Source: Octopus vulgaris
Lineage: Eukaryota
Direction of reading: 5' to 3'
DNA length: 64,000 nt
Assembly (NCBI GenBank): GCA_951406725.2
Contig: OX597831.1
Coordinates: 25,110,001 to 25,174,000, forward strand
The position numbers were made by a program, and so were the translations under genes. How positions within the stretch are numbered: position 1 is the stretch's first letter; the number at the start of each line of letters is the position of its first letter. Below the pieces are notes generated by a model. It had not been told where the DNA came from. It did no database searches and saw only the letters and a list, made by a program, of their open reading frames with translations. Positions 1-13,643 of this stretch are shown in pieces.

Positions 1-302
1 GCATTCTAGCAACGGATATCCATTCTTTTTCTATTCTCCTAAAAATATCAAAAGTTTAAGGACTATATTATCTAATATGTCCTTTCTGTGGAGAAATTAG
101 CTATAGGCTATATTTCTAGCACTTTGAATGACCATGGCATGTAGAGACTCTTTTACTGGCTCAGATATTAAGCATACAAAGTTAATGTGGAAAAGGTGGT
201 TCAGAAATTGAACCAGGCTCTATGTCTTGGTTAACTAGTAGTGCATACTATCACCTCATAAAATAAATCAGTCACACACCTGTATGTATATATTTATATA
301 TG

Positions 303-333
<31 letters not shown>

Positions 334-1556
334 GTTTTTTTCCCTTGTTTGAAAAAAGTTCGTTTCTATGTTTTTGTTTTTATGTTTTCGTTTCTCATTG
401 TGTTCAACGTTTTTTTGGAAGTCCTGTACCCATATGCGCATGTATATATACATATATATGTAGTTATGTACATATATGTATGTATATATGCATATATTTA
501 TATATTATTTATATTATGATATATATATATATATATATATTCCTTTAATTTCCTACTGGCTTCATGCCTTAGATTGCAGCCATATTGAAGGATTGCATTC
601 AATGATTTTAGTCAATTATATATCACCATAAGGCCATTGCCTGGTGCTTATTTTACGAAATAGGTTAGACAGACATAGTTTACCTGTTTGTAAGGAGACT
701 TAACTTCCCACAAGAAAATAACATATGATATTTATCTTTGCCCCACTGATTTGTGTGAATGACAGGTTTCTACAACAGTTTCTGTCCACTAAATTTCACT
801 CAGAACAATTTGATCAACTTGAGTTTATGACTGAAGATACCTACCTAAGATACTGCACAGTTTAGCTGATCACAGGATCAGGGAGCTACCAAATAAACTA
901 CTTCACCACATAACGACATCTGTATCAATGTATCAGTGTGGGTGAGGGACAAGGATGGCGGGGGGAGGGAAGATTTTTGTGGTCAAAATATCAGTTATTT
1001 TGACTATACGACCAATAGTTCAGAATATTGACTTGAACTGGAAACACATGTTCAAGAAAGTTCTATAAGGATGATATCATTTCCATTACAATGATTTTTT
1101 GTTTCATTATTGAACTAAAAGATAAAAATGTTTAATTAGGATGCTGTGTAAAAGTATTGATTTCATTCCTTTATAAATAGTCACCTACAGTTAGTTATAA
1201 ATGCCAGAGAAAATGTAACAAGTCTACAATGATTTTTTATTTGATTGCTGTTCTTTTACTTTGTCTTCTAATTTCTAATTAATTATAGAGTGCCAAATGT
1301 AGTTCTCAGCTGTATATGTGGTGGTGGGGGGATGGATGTTCCTACTACATTAACTCTATAAGTACAGTTTTCAAACATTAATATTTCTGTTGCCTGATAA
1401 GGCAGTGAGTTAGCAGAATCATTAGCATACCAGGCAAAATGCTTAGTGGCATGTCATCAATCTTTATGTTCTGAGTTCAAATTCTGCTGAGGTCCATTTT
1501 GCCTTTCTTGCTATCGGGGTCAATAATGTAAGTACCAATTGAATACTGGGGCCAGT

Positions 1557-1797
1557 GTGGAGACACGTGGCTTAGTGGTTAGGTTATCAGCATTGTGATC
1601 GTAAAATTGTGGTTTCGATTCCTGGACTGGACGACGTGTTGTGTTCTTGAGCAAAACACATCATTTCATGTTGCTCCAGTCCACTCAGCTGGCAAAAAGG
1701 AGTTACACTGTGATGGACTGGCGTCCCATCCAGCTGGAGAACACATACACCATAGAAACCTGGAAACCAGGTCCATGAGCCTGGCTAGTCTTTAAAA
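1557..1797 (+). mobile_element. tRNA-headed SINE (family E) with V-domain-like motif
   Basis: A box TGGCTTAGTGG and B-box-like GGTTTCGATTCC, then GTGTTCTTGAGCAA...CTCCAGTCCACTCAGCTG and TGTGATGGACTGGCGTCCCATCCAG. The head is shared with the copy at 32660-33027. Confidence 0.6.
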
Positions 1798-1851
1798 GCT
1801 GTGCTCAGTAGTGCAGTGAAAGCACAGGATAAAAATAAGACTACTGAATAA

Positions 1852-1883
<32 letters not shown>

Positions 1884-2576
1884 GTTTCAAATTTTGGCAC
1901 AAGACCAGTAATTTCGGGACAGGCATAAAGTAAGACCAATTGAATATTGGGGGCCAGTGAAATCAATTTACACTCAACACTTAAATTGCTGGGCTGGGCC
2001 TAATCCCTTAAATTACATCGACACCCCCATCCCCCAGTGTTCAACTGGTATTTATTTCATCAACCCTGAAAAGATGAAAAGCAAAGACAACCTCAGTGGA
2101 ATTTGAACTCAGAACATAAAAACAGACGAAATACTGCTAAGCATTTTGATTGGCATGTCAACAATTCAGCCAGCTTATGACCTTCCTGTCTTCATATGTT
2201 AGGGTTCTACATAGTACAATGGTAGTTGGCATCATTTTGAATCAGATTCAGCTTTGGTTATTTTCTGTTGTATATGGGGAGATCACATAGAGGTTTCTTC
2301 ATTGATTTCACAATCTTGTATCTGTGTATTTGTCTCCCATGCATTTCTTCGTCAGAATTAATAATTTAGATATTACTTTTGTTCTTCATTAATGTTGCAG
2401 ATTTAGTTAATGAATATCACTTGGCTCACTGCATTAAGTACATTAATAAAATAACCACTTCGCTATTAGCTTATTTATGTTGAAGGTGTCCCTTGGGCAA
2501 TTTTCTGCACTTATACATTTTAGTTAATCACACCACTAAAGATTCAGTCACAAAAAATAAATATATATAAATCAAT

Positions 2577-2680
2577 GAACACACACACACACATATATAT
2601 ATGTACACACACATATATATCTATACATACGCACATATAAATACACACACATATATACATACATACACACGCACACACAC

Positions 2681-2712
<32 letters not shown>

Positions 2713-2893
2713 CTACACATATATATACATATGTATATACACATATATACATATATATATATACACACATATACATACACATATATATACATATGTATAT
2801 ATATATGCACACATATATGCACACATATATAAATATATATATACACACATGTATATGTATGTATATATATATATACACATGCACACACATATA
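2577..2893. repeat. compound (CA)n/(TA)n microsatellite
   Basis: Read directly; source of the spurious YIYI/HTHT ORFs. Confidence 0.95.
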
Positions 2894-3595
2894 TCCAGTC
2901 ATTCTAAATGCTGCAGTAATGGTTGTTAGGACAGCAAGTAGTAAATACAAAACACAGTTACTAATTAGAATAAATTAGTTTGAAGAGATGTCTAATGATT
3001 TGAAAAGAGTGTATTTGTTCAAGAAATGTTGAATTTTTTTTTTTTTTCCATCAAAATAGTTTCATATTTAGAAAATTTCATGCTTAAGTACATGCTTTCC
3101 ATGTAACTACACACCATTATCTATTATCATTATCATCACCAATTTTATCAAAAACATCATCTTCCAATATTAAAATGATGAAGTTCACAATTCAGTGAAC
3201 CAACATTTGATCACTTCCTTATTCGATATTATTGACATGAGGAAAGGGTAAAATGCAGACATCAACGAATTGAGGAACACACATTATTGTATATAGGTCG
3301 TTTTTGGATTTGGTTTGCAAGATTCTTTATATGAGTTCATGTGTTGAAACATATTCTGTTGTGTCTGGAAAGAGTCATATTCTTTTTGTGTCTTATAATG
3401 TAACACACTCAGAAAATAAAAATAAATGGAAATTTTACCGGTGAGTGTGTTACATTATAAATCCTTAAATCCTTAAAGATGTTTTAGCCTGAAGGCTGCG
3501 GCCATGCTGGGGCACCACCGCTGGCCAAAAAGAAAATGACTCTCCCCAGACACAACAGAATTGTATATATGTGTATCTGTCTATTGGTCTGTCTG

Positions 3596-3600
3596 TCTGC

Positions 3601-3693
<93 letters not shown>
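3596..3693. repeat. (TCTA)n + (TTTC)n microsatellite
   Basis: Read directly. Confidence 0.95.
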
Positions 3694-3696
<3 letters not shown>

Positions 3697-3870
3697 ATAC
3701 ATATATATATATTTCATCATCATCAGTCTGCCTTCCATGCTAGCATGGCTATGTTTGTGATGTATGTGTATATGTATACATACAGATTTCTAAAGGTATA
3801 AAACATATACACACACAGACATATACATGCATGTACATAGATATGTCTATATATATATATATATATACAT

Positions 3871-4367
3871 ATCATCATTATCATCACCGTTTAACGTCTG
3901 CTTTCCATGCTAGCATAGGTTGAACGATTTAACTGAGGTCTGGCAAACCAGATGGCTGCACAAGACTCCAATCTGATCTGGTAGAGTTTCTACAGCTGGA
4001 TGCCCTTCCTAATGCCCACCATGCTTTTACGTGCAACCAACGAGGGCCAGTCAGGCGGTACTGGCAACGGCCACACTCAAATTGTGCTTTTTACATGCCG
4101 CCTGCACAGGAGTCAGTCCAGCGGTACTGGCAACAACCTCGCTCAAATGTTTTTCTCATGTGCCACCGGCACAAGTGCCAAAAAGGCAATGCGGGAAACG
4201 ATCATGCTTAAAAGGTGCTTTTTACATGCCAGCGGCACAGAAGCCAGACAGCTGCTTTGGCAGTGATCCCACTCGGATGGAGCTGTTAGCGCTCCACTAG
4301 CACAGGTGCCAGTAATTGAATTTGGTTCAATTTCGATTTCACTTGCCCCAACAGGTCTTCACAAGCA
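3871..4367 (-). mobile_element. SINE family D ((GAT)n tail, internal tandem units)
   Basis: On the + strand: (CAT)n-TTTAACGTC...CCATGCTAGCAT...CTACAGCTGGATGCCCTTCCTAA, followed by several GCTTTTTACRTGC units. Matches copies at 15.5, 15.9, 17.7, 33.1 and 59.0 kb. Confidence 0.75.
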
Positions 4368-5617
4368 TTATATATATATACATATATATATATATGAATG
4401 TATGTATTTATATGCAGTTAAACATATGTCCAGTCATAGAGGCCAATAGTTTTGCATCCATAGAGGGCTGAGCCCCATGGGTAACTGGTTAGACACCAAA
4501 CTGATATGTGTGGATGTATATATATATATATATATATACATATACACACACACAGACACACACATATACATTCTTGTACATATATATAGATAGAGACAGA
4601 GAGTGATGTATAAATATAAATCTATATATGCATGTATATATGTATATGTACTTATAAGTACCTCTCTATATATATCTATCTATCAGTATATCTATCTATC
4701 TATCTCTATGTATGTATGTATGTATGTATGTATGTATAAACTCATGAATCTAGTCATATTTTTTGTATCAATAAGCAATTTCCCAATACAGCCTATAATA
4801 TAATTTATAATTCCAACATAATTGTTATTACAATAAAAATTGAAAATCAACATTGTTAGAAGAAAGAGAAAGAAATTTATTTCTTCTGTGAATTCTGGTG
4901 ATATTTAAGAGATTTTAATAAGGAATTTTCTTTTCTTCATTTTTCCCAGTAATTGATTCCAATTAATTGATACATTTAAAGAATTGATTGACTAATAATT
5001 TGAAACGGATCTTCCGGGATATTGGAGAAACCAATTATTATTAATTGTTTATAAATAAATAATGTGTGTAAGTGTTTGCCTTTGTCAGTGTGTATTATAT
5101 GTGTGTGTATGTGCGTGTATGTACATATATGCATATATAATGTATGTGTATGTATGTGATTTTTTGTGTGTGCACAAATATATATATGTATGTAAAATAA
5201 ACAATAATACAGATGGGTTGCAGTTTACTACAGCTGTTTCAGATGTGTTTTTTATTGATGAACAAAAGTGTTACATCATGCGATAAAACCATTTTCTTTA
5301 GGTGACTAGAGAGAAAATTTAACAATTAGAACTTCTCAGAAAATAGAACATAGTGTAAGACAATCCAACCACCCTGGTTATGGCTGGATGAGTCAGTACA
5401 CATTGTTGGTACACAGGGACACTATCCTTGGCTCTACTTTTGTATTTTTACTATTTAACTACCTAATTCTTTTGGGTCCTGAAAATATCTTGTGAATGTA
5501 TATATATATATATATATATGTATATGATGGATTATATATAAATATAATTTATATATATATATATATATATAAATATATGGATTATATATAAATATAATTT
5601 ATATATCTATATGGATT

Positions 5618-5666
<49 letters not shown>

Positions 5667-5668
<2 letters not shown>

Positions 5669-5886
5669 GGAGTAAACACATAAATGTTAAACAAGGTGGA
5701 AAAAGAGTACTCAAATACCAGTGGTAGAGTAATATGCTTTATTTAAAGCAGCAGAAAAATTCAACAAATCTGAGTTTCGGATGCCAGTTCATCGGACAGT
5801 TTTTGCTAGCAAAAACTGTCCGATGAACGGCAACCGAAACTCAGAGTAACTGGCTTGTTGAATTTTCTGCTTATTTAAATAAAGTA

Positions 5887-5889
<3 letters not shown>
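5667..5889. mobile_element. Penelope-like terminal remnant, fold-back, inside (TA)n
   Basis: Inverted repeat 5732-5889 with a perfect 42-bp palindrome at 5787-5828; each arm carries a CCGATGA...GAAAC hammerhead-like core. Confidence 0.6.
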
Positions 5890-5930
<41 letters not shown>

Positions 5931-6552
5931 ATGTTTGTAACAATATCTGTTTCAACACACGCTTTCACATCAGGAATCTTGCAGCATTAATTCATAAACG
6001 TAAGATTTTAAAATAATTTTAACCTTTTCCTTGTGAAGTTAAATTTCATGGTCATTCCAGTAATGATGTTACATACTGTGATTTCCAGCACACAGCTCAA
6101 CATAGAATGTAGTCTACACATGATATGTAGACGTTCAAATATCGTTTCTAGCATTCGAAATCTTTCACAATGAAATTTTGACTTTTTGATTTTCCAAAAT
6201 CGTGTTGGTGTATAAGTTGACCTACATAATTTTTAATAAAAATTTTCATCTGAAAATTCAAATTGTATGCTGAAAATCATATCTACCAAAAACTAGAATT
6301 GATACTTTCTGCAAATCATGTTTCCTCTGTAAACTTGACATTATTTTCTGCTGAGATAACAAGAAATAAATGACAAGAAATAAACGTATTAATTGATGTA
6401 ATGAATGCATTGGAAACTATTATAGACAAGTATTGTAAGTTAAGAATCTTCTAACTTATTATTTATTTCATCCATTAGCAATCAATTTATATAACATATT
6501 AATTAATCAACGCTATATAAATCATATACAATCTACTTATGAACACATCATA

Positions 6553-6601
<49 letters not shown>

Positions 6602-6789
6602 CACACACACACTTGCTATCTATATTACATTTGTATAAAACAGCTATCAGTTATTTCAAATTAATATATAATGTATTTATTTATCCATATTTGTTTATCG
6701 TTATATGAATATATACTCATACGCATACATTCAAACCTGCATAAATGTCTGTGTGCATATGCGTATGCTTATCCATCTATTTGTCTATG

Positions 6790-6867
6790 TTTCTTCCTCA
6801 TGTTTTTTTTTTTATTATTTGTTTTTACTTCATCTATGTTTTTCTTTCTATTCTTTGCAGGTAAGAT
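6790..6867 (+). promoter_or_regulatory. candidate recursive splice site (3'SS directly abutting 5'SS)
   Basis: About 70-nt T/C-rich tract ending TTTCTTTCTATTCTTTGCAG, followed immediately by GTAAGA, in non-repeat sequence. Confidence 0.55.
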
Positions 6868-9178
6868 AAACAATTTTGATTGGTGAAATCTCCTCTGAAA
6901 CATATGGTGTTGTCATTTCAACATTTTTAAAATTCAAAGAGCAGAAGGCAGACAAGTAAAACATTTATACACAAAGATAATTTCTTTTTCAGTCTCTGAA
7001 AATTTTTGTCATTTCCTTGTTTTTTCATACGCTTTTTTCTGTTGCATTTAACATTTTAATATTTAAACTCATAGCTATACTGACAATAGGCATGTGTTTC
7101 AAAGTTGTTGTACACGTTATTCTTAACACAGTATCTTTATCACCAAAAGTACCAGAACACTAAGGAACATTATTTTCTTTCAGATCCATAATTTTATCAT
7201 TTTTATACAAATACATCACCTTCAATAAATAAAATATCATTGCTACAAATCAGTGAGAGAACCTTCATGTCTTTGCATGCATGCTTGCTTGAAACATATT
7301 GGGTAACACACATGGTAGGGTGGGATGTTGGCATGTGTCTGTTGCTCAGCCATTGTCCAGTAGAGTGTTAACAACACCTTAACAGTAGCAGTTATTTTGT
7401 AGGGGTAACCAAATTTGATATTGTCAGGTTGTTTTATGTTGTATGAATTGCATGGGTAGGCTTTACTCTATTTGGGCAGCAAGGATTAAATACTCTGTAC
7501 TCATGTGGAGGGCAACTAGGCAGCTAGGGTTATATGAGTTGATAGCTGCTATTGATTTGAAGTTCATTCATTAACAGGGTGTACCTCTGTTGGCAACAAT
7601 ATGATAGTTCCTGCTGAGGGACACTACAGTTGTTCACATATGTATTGTCTCTTGCAGAGACAGAGTTGGTGATTGTGAGTTCCAAGTGATTGAGGATGGG
7701 GTCCCATCAATAATACTTGTATAGATTACAGACTATCCATGTTGGGTATCAGATAAATTTGATTGTTTGGTTCTTTTTTATTGTTTTTGTTTTCCTTTTT
7801 ATTTTAATCATTTTTTTTTCCATCAACACTTTAACAAATCAGCCAGTAATATCTTCTCCTTCATTTCTAACAGTGAGACTGACAAAGAATGTGTTTAAGT
7901 CAGTGTTGAACAAATATCTCAAACGACTTTGCTTGAAAGGCTCCGTTTTTTTATGTGTTTCTCATTGAGGTTTCACAATTCACTAATGTATATCAATTGA
8001 AAATAAACACACACACAAACATACACACACATGTAAACATGATAAATTAACACATGCATGTACATAGACATGTTTTGGGCTTTCCATATAGTTTTCCATC
8101 AACAAAGCTCCACTTACGAGCTGTTGATCAGCCTGAGCTCATAGTAGAAAACGATTTTCTTTTTTCTGAGTAGCATAAACAGGAATTGAACTCAGAACAG
8201 CCTAAATGCAAAACAAATTTCTTAACCACACAATCATACAATCAACTTGCACCTATCAGTGTTTTACTCACTATTTTGGCCATTTTCTTTTCTTTTTTTT
8301 TTTTTTTCCTCTGATTCGTTTTAACTTTGCTTTATATGGGGTCTGACAAAACGACCTGGTGATTTTTCTATGAATATATTTAGAAGCCATTAGGATTTTC
8401 CCTGCCAGTATCTTTACTGACATATATATATATATATATATATATCAATATTTTATCATTTTTTCAGTGTTAATTGTAGCTTAGAGATAAGCTGACAAAT
8501 TACTTTTGAAATATACTATGTATTATTTTCAAGAGAGAAATTAGATATCCTGTGTATGAAGTTTTTCAAACAAAATTTATGACTTGGAAAGATATAATTG
8601 ATAATTTGTTTACAAGATGTATGAATATATCAGCTATTCTTATTACTTTCAAATATTCAATCAACAGCTTGTCCATCTGGTGTAGATTGGCAATGTAAAG
8701 TATGTAAATACAGTTATTGACTCTCGATGAAATATATCACAATGTTTCCGACACAAAGCTTTAAGAACAATACAATATTTGAAATGGTTGTACTAATAAT
8801 TGTTAAGTCTATTGTTGTTGTCGTTTAGCATCAGGTCAGTGCTATGATCAAAAGCATTCCAGCTGTGAGCAGCCATTCTGCTGTTCCAGAGATACATTGA
8901 ATTGCATTATCCAATTTGGCCTTCATATTATTAAGAAAATTGAAAGTAATATAAGGGAAATTTAACTGCTATTACTAGCATGGCAGACTCAAATATACAG
9001 GACTCCTTTTCTTGTCAACCTGTCTTTTACCGGGCTATCTATCTTAATAGGACTGCTTTATTTCATGTGTCCTTCACAGTTTAAAACAGCGATGTGTGAT
9101 TTGAAAGCAATTTCTGTGCTATTTCTAGCAGGTTGAGTTACCATGTAGAAGCTCCTTCATTGGCTACTACTACTACTC

Positions 9179-9214
<36 letters not shown>

Positions 9215-9332
9215 ACAGCAGTAGCAATGATTTCTTGCATTGGCAAAGAGCCATGAATATATTGAATGAGTGAGAGAAGTCTATTGAATCAATTACAGAA
9301 CAAATGAGTTGTTTTATCGATTCCCACCAACA

Positions 9333-9371
<39 letters not shown>

Positions 9372-9612
9372 ACAACAACAACAACACAACAGCCATTGCC
9401 ACCACCACCACCACCACGAACACCGCCATCTCTTGGAGGGATGAAATGTAATGTTGACATATGTAATATATGAAACTCAGAACACTGTAGTATGTAATAA
9501 GTATTTACAGATGTTTAGTCCAGCATTCAACTGCTTCTGGCAATCCAATGCCTTAACATTACTACTACTACTACTACTACTACTAATAATAATAATAATA
9601 ATAATAATAATA

Positions 9613-10030
9613 GGCGCAGGAGTGGCTGTGTGGTAAGTAGCTTGTTTACCAACCACATGGTTCCGGGTTCAGTCCCACTGCGTGGCACCTTGGGCAAATG
9701 TCTTCTACTATAGCCTCGCGGCTGAACAAATCCTTGTGAGTGGATTTGGTAGACGGAAACTGAAAGAAGCCCGTCGTATATATGTACATATATATATATA
9801 TATGCGTGTGTGTTTGCGTGTCTGTGTTTGTCCCCCCTAGCATTGCTTGACAACCGATGCTGGTGTGTTTATGTCCCCGTTACTTAGCGGTTCGGCAAAA
9901 GAGACCGATAGAATAAGTACTGGGCTTACAAAAGAATAAGTCCCGGGGTCGAGTGGCTCGATTAAAGGCAGTCCTCCAGCATGGCCACAGTCACATGACT
10001 GAAACAAGTAAAAGAGAAAAGAGAAAGAGA
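9613..10030 (+). mobile_element. SINE family A (tRNA head, CORE-like segment, internal microsatellite), full length
   Basis: A box TGGCTGTGTGG, B box GGTTCAGTCCC, CORE-like ACCTTGGGCAAATG, internal (TA)/(TG)n, tail GACTGAAACAAGTAAAAGAG; flanked by (AAT)n. Confidence 0.85.
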
Positions 10031-10199
10031 ATAATAATAATAATAATAATAATATTAATAATCATTTTATTTTTATTGCCACCTTGGTCTGTTCCTTCAT
10101 AAAATAAGGAAACATACAAAGTTGTTACAAAGTCTGTGGGATAAACAAGATGGAATTATATAAAACATAACGGAAGGGTGAAAACATTATCTGATATAT

Positions 10200-10417
10200 T
10201 AGTTTCAAATTTTGGCACAGGGCCAGCAATTTTGGAGGTGGGGTGGGGCTAGTCGATAACATCAACCCCCAGTATTCAACTGGTACTTTATCGGCCCTAA
10301 AAAGATGAAAGGCAAACTCAACCTTGGCAGAATTTGAACTCAGAACATAAAGGTGGAAAAAATTGTCGTTATGCATTTGTCCAGTGTGCTAATGACTCTG
10401 CCAGCTCGCTGCCTCAA
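10200..10417 (-). mobile_element. SINE family B, older subfamily
   Basis: Reverse complement of GAGTTCAAATTC...GCCTTTCATC...GTACCAG...GCCAAAATTTGAAA. Similar decayed copies near 1400, 1900-2180, 13220, 16320, 18760, 28390, 37335 and 63050. Confidence 0.65.
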
Positions 10418-11217
10418 TAGTAATGATGATAATCCTTTCTACCATTAGTGCAAGGGCCTGAAATTTTTCGTGGGGTGGGAGCAGGGTAAGTCAATTACAT
10501 CAACCCCCAGTACTTAACTGGTACTTATTTCATCAACCCCTAAAGAAAAAGTGTGTATTCATTGAAAGTAATTCTCACCAACAGCCTGTTCTTAACATTC
10601 TCCACTTTGCTGGAGTGAATCCCTTCCCAAATCTTTATTTAATCTGTTCCCTAAGATTCCTTTAGTATCATGATAAAGAACTATATAAAAATCAAAAACG
10701 TGAGACTTTGGATGTGTTGCTTACCTTCCTCTTTTTCTTCTTTTTTATTTCCTTTTGGCTTTCCCCCACCACTGACAGCAGTGTCTTACCTCTGTTCCTT
10801 AATTTAAAATAAAATGAGCTAATAAATATTCATAATGCTTTTTCTCTATATTTAAATGTGTCAACTATATATATTTCGGACTTGTTTGTACTATATTATG
10901 CTAATGAGGTCATATTAATTAAACAAGTACACAGTTGAAAAGATCACATTCCTAACCTTGTAAATTAGTTTCTGAAATATATTTTAATTTCTTGAAATGA
11001 TCTTCGACTTTTCTTTGAGATTCACTAACAATTATGAAGAATATATTTTTGTTACTCACAAACTAAGAGTGAAATTTCAGTTGATTAAGAGAGTCTTCGT
11101 GTTTTGATTAAATTTTGGTTAAACTGATTCTAGCAAACTGATTTCAATGAAGTTGGTATACTTATAATAAATAAACATATGATTGAGTGTTAATACAGGA
11201 TAATCCAACACAACCTA

Positions 11218-11623
11218 GATAGATAAATAGTGGGCAGGTGGGTGAGTGGGCAGGTGGGTGAGTGGGTAGGTAGGTGGGTAGGTAGGTGGGTAGGTAGGTG
11301 GATGGGTAGATGGGTGGGTAGGTGGGTAGGTAGGTGGGTGGGTGAATAGGTAGGTAGTTAGGTGGGTGGGTGGTTGAGTAGGTAGGTAGGTGGGTATGTA
11401 TGTAGGTAGGTAGGTAGGTAGGTAAGTAGTGGGTAGGTAGGTGAGTGGATGGATGGATTGATTGATAGGTAGATGGATGGATACATACATAGGTAGAAGG
11501 GTGTATTGATAGATAGATAGATAGATAGATAAGTTTCTTTATTGGCCACACAGGGCTGCACACAGATGGGACAAGTTACAAGGTAGAGCTTTTCTTTTTG
11601 GGGGATGAAAAAAAACAAAAAAC

Positions 11624-11699
<76 letters not shown>
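11218..11699. repeat. compound (GGTA/GGTG/GGAT)n and (GATA)n tetranucleotide array
   Basis: Read directly; interrupted by a roughly 90-bp unique insert at about 11533-11623. Confidence 0.9.
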
Positions 11700-11834
11700 C
11701 CAAGTACCAAAAGGATCACCCAATCAAGACTGATTAGTTAGTAAAGCCTAGAAGCCCCCCCCCCCCTAACTGATCTTCTTACAAATGTGCTTCTTTCTTT
11801 GGATTAAGTCACTATAGCCAGTCTAGGATATAAC

Positions 11835-11871
<37 letters not shown>

Positions 11872-13423
11872 AGATTGGGCTAGGTAGTTATGCACTTGTT
11901 TGCTAACATAGAGAAATATATCTCCAGTAAACACAATTGCGTTAATTGCAAATGGCTTTTAAAGCTAAACATAGTTTCACGTCAATCGATGGGATACGGT
12001 GACCTCATGTACAGATTTTCTAGAAGAAAACAAGATGACAAAATCAAATAGAACAAGTATAAAAATTTCTTCACTGGAATCAATGTGACCTTTTAAAGAA
12101 TAGTTCTTGGAGATAACAATGTTACATTCTAAGTGAGCTGCTATTGAAGATGAAGGCACTAAAGATAGTGAAATATCCCATACATATACATGTGCCAACT
12201 ATGAAATCCTTACGTTCTAAATTTCCAACTTTATCATACTCTAATAGGATAACTGTTGCTATAGCTTTTCTTACTGTTTTTCATGTTTTTATTTTTACAT
12301 TTTGTTTAAATCTTTCTTACTTTTTTCTTACCTTGACTTTTCATCCATTTTTTTTTTTTTCTCAATTAGCTCCTTTGATCTTTTATCAATTTTTTTAAAG
12401 TCCCCCACCTTCCCTATATATTATTATCTCTCAGTATGAAACTTCTGACAATATCTTTATCTTATTGATAATATACTGTTAGTTTGAAAGTTATCTACCC
12501 GTTTTATCTACAAGATATAATAGGTGGGTATCTATGCAGCTTTTTTTACTTGCATGGATATCTATCCATCCTTCTCTCCTTATCATAAAAAAAAAATCTG
12601 TGGCTGAACTAGCCATGACTATCCACTGTTTTATCCCCACACAGTGTTTCTAGGATTCTATTGTTTAAAGAGTCCTTCCTGTTTTTAAGACATGATTCCA
12701 GAGAGATTTGGTTGCTGCTTTTCTGGTAGGTCTTCTTCTACTTAGAGACAGAGAACCAGTAGACAAATTCAGAGTTCATTATCTTTGTATAGCTTCTTGG
12801 GTCAATGAATAAGATATTTAACCCTTCTTTACTCTATTCTCTGAGCTACTACTTAAGTGCCAGCACCTGACATAGTGTAAGAGCTACAAGCTACTTAAAC
12901 TTCAATACAGTAGTGAAGCTTCTCTCAATAAATCTGCCTTAGCTCTGCAAAATTGTTAACTTCATATTTCAAACCATGAATTCTTCAAACCAACAAACTT
13001 AGATTTCTTGCTCAGAAAGGACATCGCTTAGTAAAATTTTGTATCAGCGTTTTTCTTTGTTTTTTTATTCACAACCCTGCCTGACCAAGATTGCATTCCT
13101 GTCTCCATTAATAGTAAAGTTAGCAGGTTTGGTGAGTCACCTATAATAATTAAGAGTATTATAGGTGTGAAACCAATGATAACTCTTTGACCAGCCATAA
13201 CCAACAATCACATTAAATATTGATTTCAAATTTTGGCTCAAGGTCAAGGAAGGGATAAGTCAATTACATCAATCCCAGTGTTCAACTGGCACTTATTTTA
13301 TCAGCCCTGAAAGGATGAAAGACAGAATTTGAGCTCAGAACCTGAGGATGGATGGAATGCCACTAAGCATTTTTAGTCCGGGTTGCTAACAATTCTGCCA
13401 ACTCCCTGCCTTGACTCCATTAA

Positions 13424-13643
13424 CCCTTTTGTGACCAACCCGGCTGAAACCGGCCCCGGATCTGAGTACAAATGTCTTGTTTTCATAAGTTTTGCATTAA
13501 AATCTCCTACCAAATCTTAGTCACAATTTGTGTTGCTAACAGTAGCTAAATAATAAATAAGTTATTTTACTAAATTCTTTGTTATATTTAAAGTAATTGA
13601 AAGAAACACAGAGCATCTCAACAGAAATACAGTAACGAAAGGG
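13424..13643. mobile_element. piggyBac-like MITE
   Basis: TTAA TSD on both sides; TIR CCCTTTTGTGAC / GTAACGAAAGGG; closely similar copy at 44119-44339. Confidence 0.85.

Noticed and set aside
2340-2360. CTGACGA (- strand) as a hammerhead; similarly 19395-19402 and 23582-23588
   Set aside because: No stem II followed by GAAA in register.
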